Counted from the first letter of the stretch, positions 19,682-30,708 are shown. The stretch is DNA of 64,000 nt from Methanotrichaceae archaeon (GCA_963803145.1 CAWDLW010000008.1:1-64000); one strand, 5' to 3'. The notes: generated by a model from the letters alone, not told the origin. Numbers and translations: made by a program.

Positions 19682-21846
19682 GCCTATGTATTTTCACGCA
19701 TTAATTATTAAATGTATCTATAGGGCAATAAGCTCAATGATTAACTATACTAGCCCTGATAGCTACATTGGGATGGTTAGAGCCGTGTATGTCCTCCTCG
19801 ATCCTAAGAGCTCGTTCAAGCACAAATTTAGCTTCGGTTAGTCTTGCATACCTTTTTAAATACAAGCCAACCTCGTTTAGAAGATGACTAGTAACTTCTA
19901 AGGCTACATTAAATTCTTCTGCGTAACCAGATGCCGCTAGGGCATGTGGTAATAAGACGGAGCATTCCTTCCAAGTTTGCATACGATTGGAATCATAGAT
20001 AAAAGAGTTATTAAGTAACGTGATTGCAGCGTGGGACCATCTCCTTTGGTTATCCTCTTCAAGCCTATTTCTCGTTATGACCTGAACTAACCTGTGGATT
20101 GATAGGCTAGTGGAGGTTATGTTGATCAATGAGTAGCCCCTTAGTGTCTTTATAATATTATCGAACTCAAATTCATCACTAATCCCGGAGGCAAGTGGCT
20201 CAGGTAACAATTTTGTGCTATTTTTTAAGAGGGATCGAGGTATATTTTCAGGTGCCAAAAAGGAACATAGGTTGAGTAGATCTGCAGATGCCTTTGATTT
20301 TTCCTGAACTGCTCGGAAAGAGATCTCCCAAGTGGTGGCGATTGTATCGTTATAATTAATTAGCTTGCCGTGTTTCAAGAGTTTGAGATGGTATTTCTTG
20401 AAGCGTTCAAGGTAGTCTGTAAGAGAAATCCCGGCCTCTATGATATAGGCTCCGGCCTGTTCTAGGGCTAGGGGTAGATCTCCCAGAGCATCAGCCAAAT
20501 CATAGGCATCTCCTGTCCTCTTTGTCCGTTTTCGGAGAAATTGGGTTGATTCTGCTCTATCGAAGGTTCTGACGGGGATCGTACCTCCAACACTTTCCCA
20601 ATTAGGATTTCTGGAGGTAATAATTATGTGGCCTTTACCGCCCCGAGGTAGATACCCCATGACATCTTCGGGCTTAATGGCATTATCGAAGATAAGAAGC
20701 CAGCCTGAGCTATGTTCAAGCCAATGCCTCACAGAATTAACGATAATCATCTGATCCTGGGAGTTACTCTCTGGCAAACCCAGCCTACCTGCCAGGGCAG
20801 CATAATCTGATGCCATAACTATGGGCTCTTCGGATCTCACCAACCAGCCTGCTTTACTATAATCTGCAACATAACGGTAAGCATATTCAATGGCGATTTG
20901 AGTCTTGCCGATACCACCCAGCCCCCATAGAGCTTGTCTCCATGCACCAGGCAGACTTAAGGTTAGGGCTGCCCTAAGATCCGCTATGATCTCCTTGCGG
21001 CCCGAAAAGTTGGGGTTCCTATCAGGCATATTCCAGACTTCTGGCAGTGATCCTGGAAATTGTGGCCCTTGAGTCGAGCTCGGGAATGCAGGTTCTCTTG
21101 CAGGCTTTGCTCTATCATTGCTTATCCCTTCGATCAGTTTCTCTCTAGCAACCGTTTCATCTAGCCCTATCAGATCGATGTATATTATGGTCTTTCTAAG
21201 CCCTTCTAGCCTACATTCCCTGACCTTTATTGGTAGAAGCTTGCCTTTTGTACCTAAAGGATCTTCTGCAAAGGCTGCATTCCATTCAGCGCAAGCATAC
21301 TCGGAGGAAAGATAATCCGGAGATATGACAGCAATGATCCTCTCAGCATTGAGAAGAGCGCGGTGCATTTCCTCTATGAAGTTTAACCCAGGATGAAAAT
21401 CCCAGGCTTGGATAATTGTAGAATAGTTGGATTCTTCGAGTTGCCAGGCAATCCATTCCGCCCAGGCTGCATCAACTTGATTATAGCTAATGAAGAAATT
21501 CTTCATTGGAGATCTGTAAATACGGTCATTCATATAAGGCTTGATGTCTTATGGCGTAGTTATATGTGGATGCAATAGTTATTATTTATAAAACAGGGTG
21601 TACTATCATAGAAGTAGCAACTGATAGATCAATCCACTTTTCAAACATTATGGATAACTCTCATCAGGTATTCTTTACCTCGCCACAAACTCCCTCATGT
21701 AGAATTCCATCAGATCCTTGTAAGTACCTTTAGATAAGTTAGCCTTAAGAAACCCTTAAATTCAATAGGAAATATTATCACGGAAAATAGGAGGAAAAGC
21801 TACGAAGAGCTCTATAACTGTCGGACTAGCCATCATATCTATCCTC

Positions 21847-22044
21847 TTGGCACTCTCTTTAGGAGTGGTTTTTGCAGAGGTATCAAAAGACAAGGCTAGC
21901 ACTCTAAGCCCAGCGAGCACAGACAATACAACTAATAATATCACCAATGTTACCTCCATCAATATCACAAATGATACTATGCCTCTAAACGCAACCAAGA
22001 ACGTGACCAATCCGTTCAAGGAAATAAAAGGCTGTATGATTTGA
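21847..22044 (+). CDS. Small secreted Asn/Thr-rich protein (start uncertain)
   Basis: Hydrophobic N-terminal region, many NxT sequons, ends NVTNPF. Confidence 0.45.
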   Translation: MALSLGVVFAEVSKDKASTLSPASTDNTTNNITNVTSINITNDTMPLNATKNVTNPFKEIKGCMI

Positions 22045-22503
22045 ATTGTGATAAGAATCCTATATTAATTTTTATAGGTTGCTTGGATACGGCAGAGTTA
22101 GGAGTACAGCCCTTAGAATAGCAAAGGTTAGGTTTTCTCTATATATATCGTATCGCGATGGATAGGGTAGTTGCACCAATATAGCTTGAAAAGTATCATT
22201 AGAATGGATTATTTGGTCATCATTAAAGCTGGTTGTACCAGTACTCTGATTCTCTTCCTTTTCTTAATCCTTTGATTGAGGTGTAATATCCAGTTAATCG
22301 GACTCTCGAGATATCTCAATCTGTCTGCTCAAGTCATAAAAAGCGCACTGTCAACTCTACATGAGACTCGTGGAGATCTCATATGATGTTTACCTTCTTA
22401 TCCTCGAAGTGTAATTACGGATTGTAATCACAAATGCAAAAGCAATAGGACAAACACTAATTAGAGAAAAACATAAGAGAAAATCGATACCAGGTGATAA
22501 GAA

Positions 22504-23082
22504 ATGACAACTAAGGATATATCGGGGTTCTTATTCGCTGGCCTTTGCATTGCAATCATCCTCACCGCTGGAATGCTTGCAAATGGCACGGCTCAGAGTT
22601 ACTATTATCCTAGCTCTAATATCGCCCTTCAAACTCCACAGGAGCGGGAAGAACTGTTTAAGGCGTTCCAGAGTGCAGAGAAGAATACATCTCAAGCTAC
22701 AGTCTTGGCAAATCCATATAATGCACTTCAGAATCCATATGCATATACTGGTCCTCAAGCTGCATTGGAGCAGGCAAATGCAAATAAAATGATTCAAAAA
22801 TTGAATGGTATTTACCAAATCCCTGTAGGCGATGATAGCTGGTATTACTGGACCAATATGTGGCTAAACAGTCCTCTGGAAGCAGCAAATTCCGGGGCTT
22901 CATTTAGCACGGCAAATCCATATAATGCACTTCAGAATCCATATGCATATACTGGTCCTCAAGCTGCATTGGAGCAGGCAAATGCAAATAAAATGATTCA
23001 AAAATTGAATGGTATTTACCAAATCCCTGTAGGCGATGATAGCTGGTATTACTGGACCAATATGTGGCTGAACAACCCCTAA
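22504..23082 (+). CDS. Secreted hypothetical protein with internal duplication
   Basis: Signal peptide, SD AGGTGA, duplicated ~54-aa unit. Confidence 0.7.
   Translation: MTTKDISGFLFAGLCIAIILTAGMLANGTAQSYYYPSSNIALQTPQEREELFKAFQSAEKNTSQATVLANPYNALQNPYAYTGPQAALEQANANKMIQKLNGIYQIPVGDDSWYYWTNMWLNSPLEAANSGASFSTANPYNALQNPYAYTGPQAALEQANANKMIQKLNGIYQIPVGDDSWYYWTNMWLNNP
22707..23069 (+). repeat. 159-bp exact direct repeat, period 204 bp
   Basis: 22707-22865 is identical to 22911-23069. Confidence 0.9.
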
Positions 23083-23727
23083 ACTCGAGGGCTCGATAAG
23101 CCTCCATTTTCATTTTTCTCTTTCTAGTTTTGTTAGCGTGCCTACAATGAAAGGAAATTCTGTACTGCTATATTGGTTGGCAGGTTGATAGAGATATATC
23201 TTTGTAGGTAGGATTCTTCAGAACTCCGCCCACATAAACCCACAGCTTGCTACGGATGGGATAAAGAGCATCCTTATCTAATTTAGGGGTAGATCTGTTA
23301 ACTGACTGCGACTTAATGCGAAGTGTTGCCGTTGTTTGGGTTATAGGTAGACTTGGGGCCTCCCTATGAAAAAGGATACGGCTGCAGCAAAAGGTTAAAA
23401 TTCGTAGTACTTAAACGCTCAGAATACTCAGAGCAAAAGCGGCTAGTACAGTTATATTTATCACCGATATAGTTACTTGAAGAAGCATCAACAGTTTTGC
23501 TCTTTGCGATAGTGGCAGGGTATCCGTAGGCCCGAAGGTGAAGGTAGTGCTGAAAGCCAAAAACAAGTAATCGAAATACTCTGGAACCCAGTTGTCGAAT
23601 TGAGGAATCGCGAACGATCTCTGGGGGAAAAGGAAATCCCAGGGCTCAAGTTTCCGGTCGTGTATGCGTTCCGATGAAATAGTTATATGTTTATAATGAT
23701 ACATTCTTTAAAAGGGATGTATCAAAA

Positions 23728-24144
23728 ATGTCTGATATTACATTGTCCGATTACTGGTGCCATCATGAAGGCTGCCAGGATTATGGCATAAACGATAAAG
23801 GCAACATAGTGATAAAAGATCACTATGGAAAGAACAACCGTGCGCTCTTGAAGTGTAGAACATGTGGTCATTGTTTCAGCGAGACTCGCGGAACAATATT
23901 TTTCGGTTTAAGCACATCAGATGAGGAAGTCTTAGATGTCCTGGCCCAATTGGTAGAAAAAGGCAGTATTCGTGGTGTTGCAAGATCTACAGGTCATGAT
24001 AAAAATACAATCTGCCGATGGCTCAAAAGGGCAGCGGATCATTGCAAAGAGGTCAATGATTACTTCCTGAACCATCTTCATCTTACACAAGTGCAGATAG
24101 ATGAAATATGGTCATTTTGTAAAAAAACAAAAAAATGTAAGTAG
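23728..24144 (+). CDS. IS1 transposase N-terminal part (Zn ribbon + HTH)
   Basis: C...C...CRTC; SIRGVARSTGHDKNTICRW; QIDEIWSF. Confidence 0.85.
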   Translation: MSDITLSDYWCHHEGCQDYGINDKGNIVIKDHYGKNNRALLKCRTCGHCFSETRGTIFFGLSTSDEEVLDVLAQLVEKGSIRGVARSTGHDKNTICRWLKRAADHCKEVNDYFLNHLHLTQVQIDEIWSFCKKTKKCK

Positions 24145-24865
24145 CTATGACTCAAAAGACGTTGGTGACGTATATAGTCTGACAGCAATAAATGCTGAAT
24201 CAAGGTTACTAATCTGCCATCATGAAGGTGGCCGAACTATAGAAGATGCAACTGCCTTATTTAGTGACTTAGAACATAGACGGGCGACAGGCACACCTCT
24301 TCCGGTATTCGTTTCCGATGATTGGGATCCATTTTCCAATGCCCTCCTTGAAGTCTACGGTGTCAAGGAGACGCCTGAATACAAAGGACTAGGCAGAAAA
24401 CCAAATCCTATACTTGTTCCTCCTCCTGACCTTAAATATGCTCAAATTGTGAAAAATAAAAAGAATGATGAAGTGGTTAACACATTTGAACGGATTGTAT
24501 ATGGTGACCCGAAAGATGTGCTTGAACTGCTTTGCCCAACATCGAAAGAACATATCCAGACATCCTACGTCGAACGAATGAATCTCACTTTCAGGAATTA
24601 TCTGGCCAGGTTTATACGTGAGTCTATGAACTTTAGTAAAGATAGGCAAATTCATACCGGCGCAATAGACTTTTTCCAAGCTTGGTACAACTTCGTTAAG
24701 CCGCATGATTCTTTAAAAATTGAGATAAACCTTGACATGGAAGAAGTGGGATTCGCTCTGAATCCTAAAAAATGGATCCCTCGAACGCCTGCGATGGTTG
24801 AATTGATTACCGACCATATTTGGACTATGAAGGAGTTAATGACTTGGAGGATCCCATTTCAATAG
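24101..24865 (+). CDS. IS1 transposase C-terminal DDE part
   Basis: FVSDDW, TSYVERMNLTFR, YNFVKPH, RTPAM motifs. Confidence 0.85.
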   Translation: MKYGHFVKKQKNVSSYDSKDVGDVYSLTAINAESRLLICHHEGGRTIEDATALFSDLEHRRATGTPLPVFVSDDWDPFSNALLEVYGVKETPEYKGLGRKPNPILVPPPDLKYAQIVKNKKNDEVVNTFERIVYGDPKDVLELLCPTSKEHIQTSYVERMNLTFRNYLARFIRESMNFSKDRQIHTGAIDFFQAWYNFVKPHDSLKIEINLDMEEVGFALNPKKWIPRTPAMVELITDHIWTMKELMTWRIPFQ

Positions 24866-25239
24866 GTCACATACACAACCAAGTTTCCTTGAGGTCCACT
24901 TTATTAGATTGGGAGAATCTATGACCCAATACCACATGGAAGAGATAAGAATGTTAATTGTCATTATCAGAAAGGTATCCCTTATCAATTGATTTAGATG
25001 CGATGAATTTTCGGCGCCTATGAGAATACAAATAAAACGGTTCGAGTTTCATGAATTTCTATCTTTGATCTAAGTTTTAATAATTTATCGTATATTGAAA
25101 ATAAACCCATTATTACAGGACTTAGATATTCTCTTGTTTATTTCTTAACATTTTGATTATATTATAATGAAAAGTATCCAAAAAGATTAAATAACTGAAT
25201 GCTCATCCACCTGACCGTTTAAAAATTTGAGGTGAGGAG

Positions 25240-25737
25240 ATGGCAGAACTAGTAGCAATCGTTTATCCTGACGAGGGGCGTGCAGTTGAGGTTATGGCTA
25301 AGCTCAAGGAGCTTTCAAGCCAGTATCTCATCGATCTAGAAGACGCAGTTTTTGTGACCAAGAACACTGAAGGCAAGGTCAAGATCCACCAGTCGGTAGA
25401 CCTTACTGGAGCTGGCGCAGTCGGCGGGGCCTTCTGGGGAATGCTAATTGGGCTTTTATTGTTCATACCTATTGGAGGAATGATCATTGGGGCCATTGCA
25501 GGAGCGATCGGAGGCAAACTTGCAGACTATGGAATAGATGACAAATTCGCCAAATCACTGAGCAATGAAATGAAGCCAGGAAGTTCGGCCATCTTTATGC
25601 TGGTCCGAAAGGCCACAACAGATAAGGTTGAGCCAGAGCTGGCCAAGTTTGGCGGCAAGATTCTGCATACCTCTCTCTCTAAGGATGCTGAGGCCAAGCT
25701 ACAGGCTATGTTGAATGAGGCCAGCAATCCTAAGTGA
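25240..25737 (+). CDS. DUF1269 family glycine-zipper membrane protein
   Basis: LIDLEDAVFV, GAVGGAFWGMLIGLL, DYGIDD, PGSSAIF; SD GAGGTGA. Confidence 0.85.
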   Translation: MAELVAIVYPDEGRAVEVMAKLKELSSQYLIDLEDAVFVTKNTEGKVKIHQSVDLTGAGAVGGAFWGMLIGLLLFIPIGGMIIGAIAGAIGGKLADYGIDDKFAKSLSNEMKPGSSAIFMLVRKATTDKVEPELAKFGGKILHTSLSKDAEAKLQAMLNEASNPK

Positions 25738-25948
25738 GGGTCTTTTGTTCTGAGGGGGATACTCTCAAGTGAACCCTCCAATTTTTTGATAATCCAAATC
25801 CCATGCTTTAGCAATGTGTCCTGCTGGTTTGACTTATACTTCAATATGGTCTTGGAACCCTGAATAACCTTTAATCATGCAGAGATGTGCACAGCATACG
25901 GAAAACGTTAAAGAGGCAACGAGGATTTATATTTTAAAAATATAATCT

Positions 25949-27127
25949 TTATAATATCTCTTTTGCATCCTTCATTCCCCATAATAGCAGCGCTGCCAGT
26001 GCAGATACTGCTGCGCCAAAAAGGAATGTAGCCGCAGGACCGAACAGTGCCCATAGCTCTCCTGCAATCAGACCTGAGAATATCGACGCTACTCCGACGG
26101 CACTGTAATAGACTCCTAATGATGTCGATCTCAAAGTTGCCTGGCTGAGGTCGGATACGAATGCCCTCTGGGAAGCGTCAATTATGGCAAAAACAAGCCC
26201 ATAGAGAGCGAAGAGAAAAACCAAACCTGCTGCCGATGTGACGAAGGCGAAGCCCACAGCAGTCGCGGCAAAGAGAGCAAAACCGAGGGTGAGCACATTC
26301 TTTCTGCCGATTCTATCCGACCATATTCCAATAGGCAGTGAAAACACGGCATAAACCACATTGAAGAATGCGTATAGAAGAAGAGGATCGCCAATGGAAG
26401 CCATGCCTGTGAAAAACTCCTGGGCACGCAGGATGAAGAACATATAGCTGAAGTTTCCTATCGCGAAAAGCGATGCAATTGCCACGAACTTTCTTAGTTC
26501 GGGCGTTAGATCGGAGATGCTGAATGCAGAGAGCGATTTAGGCAGGGCAAATCCTTCTCTGACGTAAATAAACGGCAAAAGTGTCACTACTGCCAGGATT
26601 CCGGCGATGATAAAGATCATCCTGAAATCAAGGCCGCCTTTCCAAAGAGCATATGCCATAACGGAGCCAATCACAGCTCCCAGAGTATCCATCGCCCTAT
26701 GGAGTCCAAAGCCTCTTCCCCTCGCCTCTTTCACTGCAGACTCGGAGATCATTGCATCTCTTGGCGCAGAGCGTATGCCTTTCCCGGTGCGATCCGCTGC
26801 CCTTAGGATGAAGACCTGCTGCCAAGCTGCTGAGAGAGGAAACAAAAGCTTCGCAATCGCGGAAAGTGCATAGCCTCCAACCACCAGAGGCTTTCTTTTT
26901 CCAAGGCTGTCGGACCAGTAGCCTGAAAAGACCTGGATGATGCTCGGCAGCCCATCGCTGATGCCGCCGACGAGGCCAACTGCAAGACTCCCGCCGCCAA
27001 GGGATGTTATAAATATAGGCAATATCGGTTGGATAATTTCGCTGCTGATATCGTTGAGAAGGCTGACAAACCCTAGCAATAGTATATTTTTGCTTGTCTT
27101 AGGATCTTGATCCGATGAGGGTGCCAT
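25949..27127 (-). CDS. MFS transporter (true start ATG 27127; the track extension runs into IS630)
   Basis: LLNDISSE, SDSLGKRK, DRTGKGIRSAPRDA, about 12 hydrophobic segments. Confidence 0.9.
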   Translation of the reverse strand: MAPSSDQDPKTSKNILLLGFVSLLNDISSEIIQPILPIFITSLGGGSLAVGLVGGISDGLPSIIQVFSGYWSDSLGKRKPLVVGGYALSAIAKLLFPLSAAWQQVFILRAADRTGKGIRSAPRDAMISESAVKEARGRGFGLHRAMDTLGAVIGSVMAYALWKGGLDFRMIFIIAGILAVVTLLPFIYVREGFALPKSLSAFSISDLTPELRKFVAIASLFAIGNFSYMFFILRAQEFFTGMASIGDPLLLYAFFNVVYAVFSLPIGIWSDRIGRKNVLTLGFALFAATAVGFAFVTSAAGLVFLFALYGLVFAIIDASQRAFVSDLSQATLRSTSLGVYYSAVGVASIFSGLIAGELWALFGPAATFLFGAAVSALAALLLWGMKDAKEIL

Positions 27128-27135
27128 CGCAAATA

Positions 27136-28218
27136 TAGTTAATCTCCTAGCTTTTTGCACTAAGAAATCGCTCCACCCAGGACTTTGAATATCCATCCTT
27201 TTTGGAATAAAATATTTCTAAAGCGCAATCTTGGCTAGCTATAATAGCTTCATCGAAATCAGTGTATTTGGCGATCTCTCTTTTGAAATCCTTCCAACCG
27301 AATTCTATAGGATTCAAATCTGGTGAATAGGGGATATTATAAATTAAGTGAATATCGATTTCCTCAGCTAGTTTTCTAAATTTCTTGGCCAAATGAATTC
27401 TAGCATTATCTAAAAGTATACAAATTGGCCTCATAATATTATTATTTCTTATATTTTGAGCAAATGCCATCAACGCTTCCTTCTTAGAGGAGTTGGAAAC
27501 CATAACCTCATCATTGCCATTTAATGCTATAAATCCAAAAATAGTTCTTGATCTAACCTTTCCAGGTTTATAATTTATTAAATGAGTGTTTAAGACTCTA
27601 CGTGTATTAGGGCGCTGTTGTAAAGAGCTTTCATCAAGAAATCCTATAACAGGATCAGTAACAGTGGTCAGCACTGATTTTATCCTTTTTTAAAAAACTT
27701 TCTGCATCTGCAGGCCTCTTTTCATTTCTGATGTATGGTTTCCCATACTTAACTTTTTTCACTACTCTTAAAATTCGCCAGCCATATTTATATGAAAAAT
27801 CTATACCTCTTGTATCCCTTACATATTTTAATACGTCTTTTATCGTCATTCCTTTGTCTTCAATTTCTTTAATAACTCTATCCCATTCATCAAGAGACAT
27901 CTTTGGCTTTTTGCCATTTCTATTCTTTGGTGTCAATCCATTATAGCCTTGATTATTCCATCTGCTTAACCAATATTTTATTGTCCTCTCGCCCCTTTTT
28001 AAAATATCAGCTACCTCATATACGTTTTTCCCTTCATATAAATGTATTATTGCCAATAACCGTTCCTTAATCCTTAGATCAGTCTCTTTTTTATATAATT
28101 TATCAAGGTCTATCTTTGATATATGCCTAATTATTATAGGTTTTCTACCCATGCCTATGTATTTTCACGCATTAATTATTAAATGTATCTATAGGGCAAT
28201 AAGCTCAATGATTAACTA
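27136..28218 (-). mobile_element. IS630-family element, copy 2 (1083 bp)
   Basis: Same TIRs and TA duplication (27134-35, 28219-20); only one synonymous difference noticed versus copy 1 (19589 T / 28060 C); ORFs 27655-28152 and 27147-27674. Confidence 0.95.
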
Positions 28219-28334
28219 TATTTCAGATCTTCATTTAGTATTAGCTTTCGGTTAGCGGATATATTGTAATTCATCCCTGGCTGACGAAAGGATAAAATGC
28301 TTGTACACCTTTGATTGGGTGTGAAGGAGATTTC

Positions 28335-29912
28335 ATGAAAGTACTTGTCAGCGACTCATTGGCAGAGGAAGGAGTAAGAAGGCTTGAGTCAGGGGCAGAG
28401 GTCGATATTATAACCAATCTCTCGCCCGATGAGCTTGTTAAGAAGATCAAAGATTATGACGCCCTTGTAATCCGAAGTGGAACGAGAGTCACTGCAGATG
28501 TGATCAATGCAGCGGATCATCTGAAAGTGATAGGAAGGGCAGGCGTAGGGATAGATAATGTGGATGTTGAGGCCGCAACGAAAAAGGGTATAATCGTACT
28601 CAACACCCCTGGAGGGAACACAATCTCAGCTGCCGAGCATACGATCGCAATGATGCTCGCCATGGCCAGGAATATCCCCCAGGCTAATGCGGCTCTACAT
28701 AAAGGCGAATGGAATAGGAAGAAGTATACAGGCGTCGAGCTATTCAACAAGACCTTGGGGATTGTTGGTCTTGGCCGCGTAGGTGCAGAGGTCGCGACGA
28801 GGATGAAGGCATTCGGCATGCAGATATTGGCCTTTGATCCTTTCATAACAGAAGTAAAGGCAAAGCAGCTTGGAATCGTTCTTGCGCCGCTGGAGCAGGT
28901 CTTACGTGAGGGCGACTTCATAACAGTGCATACGCCTCTGACGAATGAGACCAGGAACCTGATAGATGAGGATGAGTTCAATATTATGAAGCCTGGCGTT
29001 CGCATCGTAAACTGCGCTAGAGGTGGAATCATAAACGAGGCTGCCCTGGCCAAAGCTGTATCTACGGGCAAGGTGGCTGGCGCGGCAGTAGATGTTTTTA
29101 CAAAGGAGCCGCCGGTTGGCAACCCATTGCTTGAGCAGGAGAAGGTCATCACAACGCCACACCTCGGAGCATCCACGGCAGAGGCACAGGTGAATGTCGC
29201 TCTGGCCGTGGCTGATCAGATACTGTTAATAGCTAAGGGCGGACTCCCGACGAACGCCATCAACATGCCTGCCATATCGCCCGAGACACTGGCGGTAATG
29301 GCTCCTTACATGAAGCTTGCGGAGAAGATGGGAAGCCTTGCAGGGCAGCTTGAAGGCGGCAGTTTCAACACATTGGAGATAGTTTACGGCGGTAATATAC
29401 CGGAGAAGGACACGCGCGCCGTTACAATCTCTGCGATAATGGGCCTCCTGGGATCCGTCATGGGGCGTGAATACATCAATTTCGTCAATGCGCAGAGCCT
29501 CCTGAAGGAGAGCGGAATCAAGCTTCTGGAGAGCAAAACAGAGTCGGCAGATGGATATAGCAATGTTATAACAATCACCCTGCGAGCCAATGGAGATACG
29601 ATATCGCTCCAGGGAACTGTCTCTGGCAACAAAGAGAAGAAAATAATCCAGCTCAACGATTACGAGATCTACATACCATCTGAAGGCAACATGGTCATAT
29701 CAATAATTGAGGACAAACCGAACATCATAGGCCCATGCTGTGTTGCGCTTGGCGAGGATAAAATCAATATCGGCGGAATGCACGTCGGCCGCATATCCGA
29801 GGGCAAGCCGCAGATCATGGTGTTAAGCGTTGATCAATCGGTGCCGGAGAGTACAATTAATAAGATAAAAGCAGTCCCTGGTGTTATAAGCGCCAAGAAC
29901 GTTACACTCTAA
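28335..29912 (+). CDS. serA: D-3-phosphoglycerate dehydrogenase
   Basis: RAGVGIDNVD, GLGRVG, NCARGG, TPHLGAST, ASB and ACT domains; ATG after AAGGAG. Confidence 0.95.
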   Translation: MKVLVSDSLAEEGVRRLESGAEVDIITNLSPDELVKKIKDYDALVIRSGTRVTADVINAADHLKVIGRAGVGIDNVDVEAATKKGIIVLNTPGGNTISAAEHTIAMMLAMARNIPQANAALHKGEWNRKKYTGVELFNKTLGIVGLGRVGAEVATRMKAFGMQILAFDPFITEVKAKQLGIVLAPLEQVLREGDFITVHTPLTNETRNLIDEDEFNIMKPGVRIVNCARGGIINEAALAKAVSTGKVAGAAVDVFTKEPPVGNPLLEQEKVITTPHLGASTAEAQVNVALAVADQILLIAKGGLPTNAINMPAISPETLAVMAPYMKLAEKMGSLAGQLEGGSFNTLEIVYGGNIPEKDTRAVTISAIMGLLGSVMGREYINFVNAQSLLKESGIKLLESKTESADGYSNVITITLRANGDTISLQGTVSGNKEKKIIQLNDYEIYIPSEGNMVISIIEDKPNIIGPCCVALGEDKINIGGMHVGRISEGKPQIMVLSVDQSVPESTINKIKAVPGVISAKNVTL

Positions 29913-29936
29913 GTATGCGGGGAACACCCGCATACT
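29912..29936. terminator. Perfect 10-bp hairpin between convergent serA and mfnB
   Basis: AGTATGCGGG-GAACA-CCCGCATACT. Confidence 0.55.
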
Positions 29937-29966
29937 AATTGTATTGCATTTTTATACTAAAAAGTA

Positions 29967-30683
29967 CTAAAGATTTTTTGGTTGAGAGATAGCTATCTTC
30001 AACTTCTTTACAAGATCGGCTTGTATTGCACTTTTTCGATCTCCACCGCAGACTATTCCCCGAACTCCGATTATATCGGGCTCCAGCATCTTGAGCATAC
30101 CAATATGTTCAAAGCCGATAGTTCCCGCGATGGCTACCTCGAGGCCTTTGGCCTGGCCCAGATCTATGAAATCTCTTAACACGGATTCGCTCATAAATTG
30201 GAAGGTTGATCGACCATCCTTTACGGCCGTATCCACCATAACGAGGTCTGCACCTGCCGCTGCTGCCACCTCGGGTAAAAGCATCGGCGATATTGAGCCG
30301 ACACGTAAGTGGTCTGAATAGCCTGCAGCCACTACCTTCTTGTTTTTATCTAATCCTTTGACCGCCCTCACTATCTTATCAAGCATATCCTCCGCCTGAT
30401 AAGGAGTCTTTACGCCAAGGAGGCCAGCTTTGATGTATTCAGCGCCTGAGACCGCAGCACCCAACGCGGCGAGGCTGGCGGTTCCTGGCTTGTAATCAAG
30501 ATCTCCAATCGTAGCGCTCACTGGTACGCGGCCAGCAGCCAGAGCCACTATGGCCCTGATGGCCCAAGGAAAGTTTGCGCCTAAAGAGCCTTCCGCGGGA
30601 TTCTTAATATCCAGGATATCTGCGCCGCCGTCAAGAGCGATTTGCGCCTCTTCGATATTCATTGGGCTAACCAATAACCTCAT
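29967..30683 (-). CDS. mfnB: (5-formylfuran-3-yl)methyl phosphate synthase (methanofuran biosynthesis)
   Basis: MRLLVSP, DIKNPAEGSLGANFPW, SATIGD, DTAVKDG, GVRGIVC. Confidence 0.92.
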   Translation of the reverse strand: MRLLVSPMNIEEAQIALDGGADILDIKNPAEGSLGANFPWAIRAIVALAAGRVPVSATIGDLDYKPGTASLAALGAAVSGAEYIKAGLLGVKTPYQAEDMLDKIVRAVKGLDKNKKVVAAGYSDHLRVGSISPMLLPEVAAAAGADLVMVDTAVKDGRSTFQFMSESVLRDFIDLGQAKGLEVAIAGTIGFEHIGMLKMLEPDIIGVRGIVCGGDRKSAIQADLVKKLKIAISQPKNL

Positions 30684-30708
30684 ATTCATCCTATCCTGAG
30701 GGGATACG

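Larger units (their letters stand above)
18665..19747 (-). mobile_element. IS630-family element, copy 1 (1083 bp)
   Basis: TIR TAGTTAATC/GATTAACTA with TA duplication at 18663-64 and 19748-49; HTH and DDE ORFs. Confidence 0.95.
18004..21533 (-). pseudogene. TIR-NB-ARC(STAND)-TPR protein interrupted by IS630; 814 aa when reconstructed
   Basis: TIR (FFISYN, YACAEW), Walker A GLGGIGKT, Walker B LLIFDNA, GDLPLAL, TPR_12-type repeats; removing the IS plus one TA rejoins HPNVAIRAS|NLGLVLYDLG in frame. Confidence 0.92.
23656..24880 (+). mobile_element. IS1-family element (1225 bp)
   Basis: Ends GGTCGTGTATGCG / CACATACACAACC; 8-bp TSD AAGTTTCC at 23648-23655 and 24881-24888. Confidence 0.9.
23411..25040 (-). 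pseudogene. DUF1345-like membrane protein, 5'-truncated and split by IS1
   Basis: DFLFPQ...PEYFDYLFLAF...FGPTDTLPLS; the upstream half (MWYWVIDSP...SRKL) rejoins EPWDFLFPQ across the IS. Confidence 0.75.

Noticed and set aside
23235-23265. IS200/IS605-like end hairpin (AAACCCACAGCTTGCTACGGATGGG)
   Set aside because: Only a loose resemblance with an imperfect stem, and no tnpA/tnpB remnant recognised nearby.
18665-28218. Composite transposon bounded by the two direct IS630 copies
   Set aside because: Each copy has its own TA duplication, and the sequences flanking copy 1 rejoin into one gene, so these are independent insertions.
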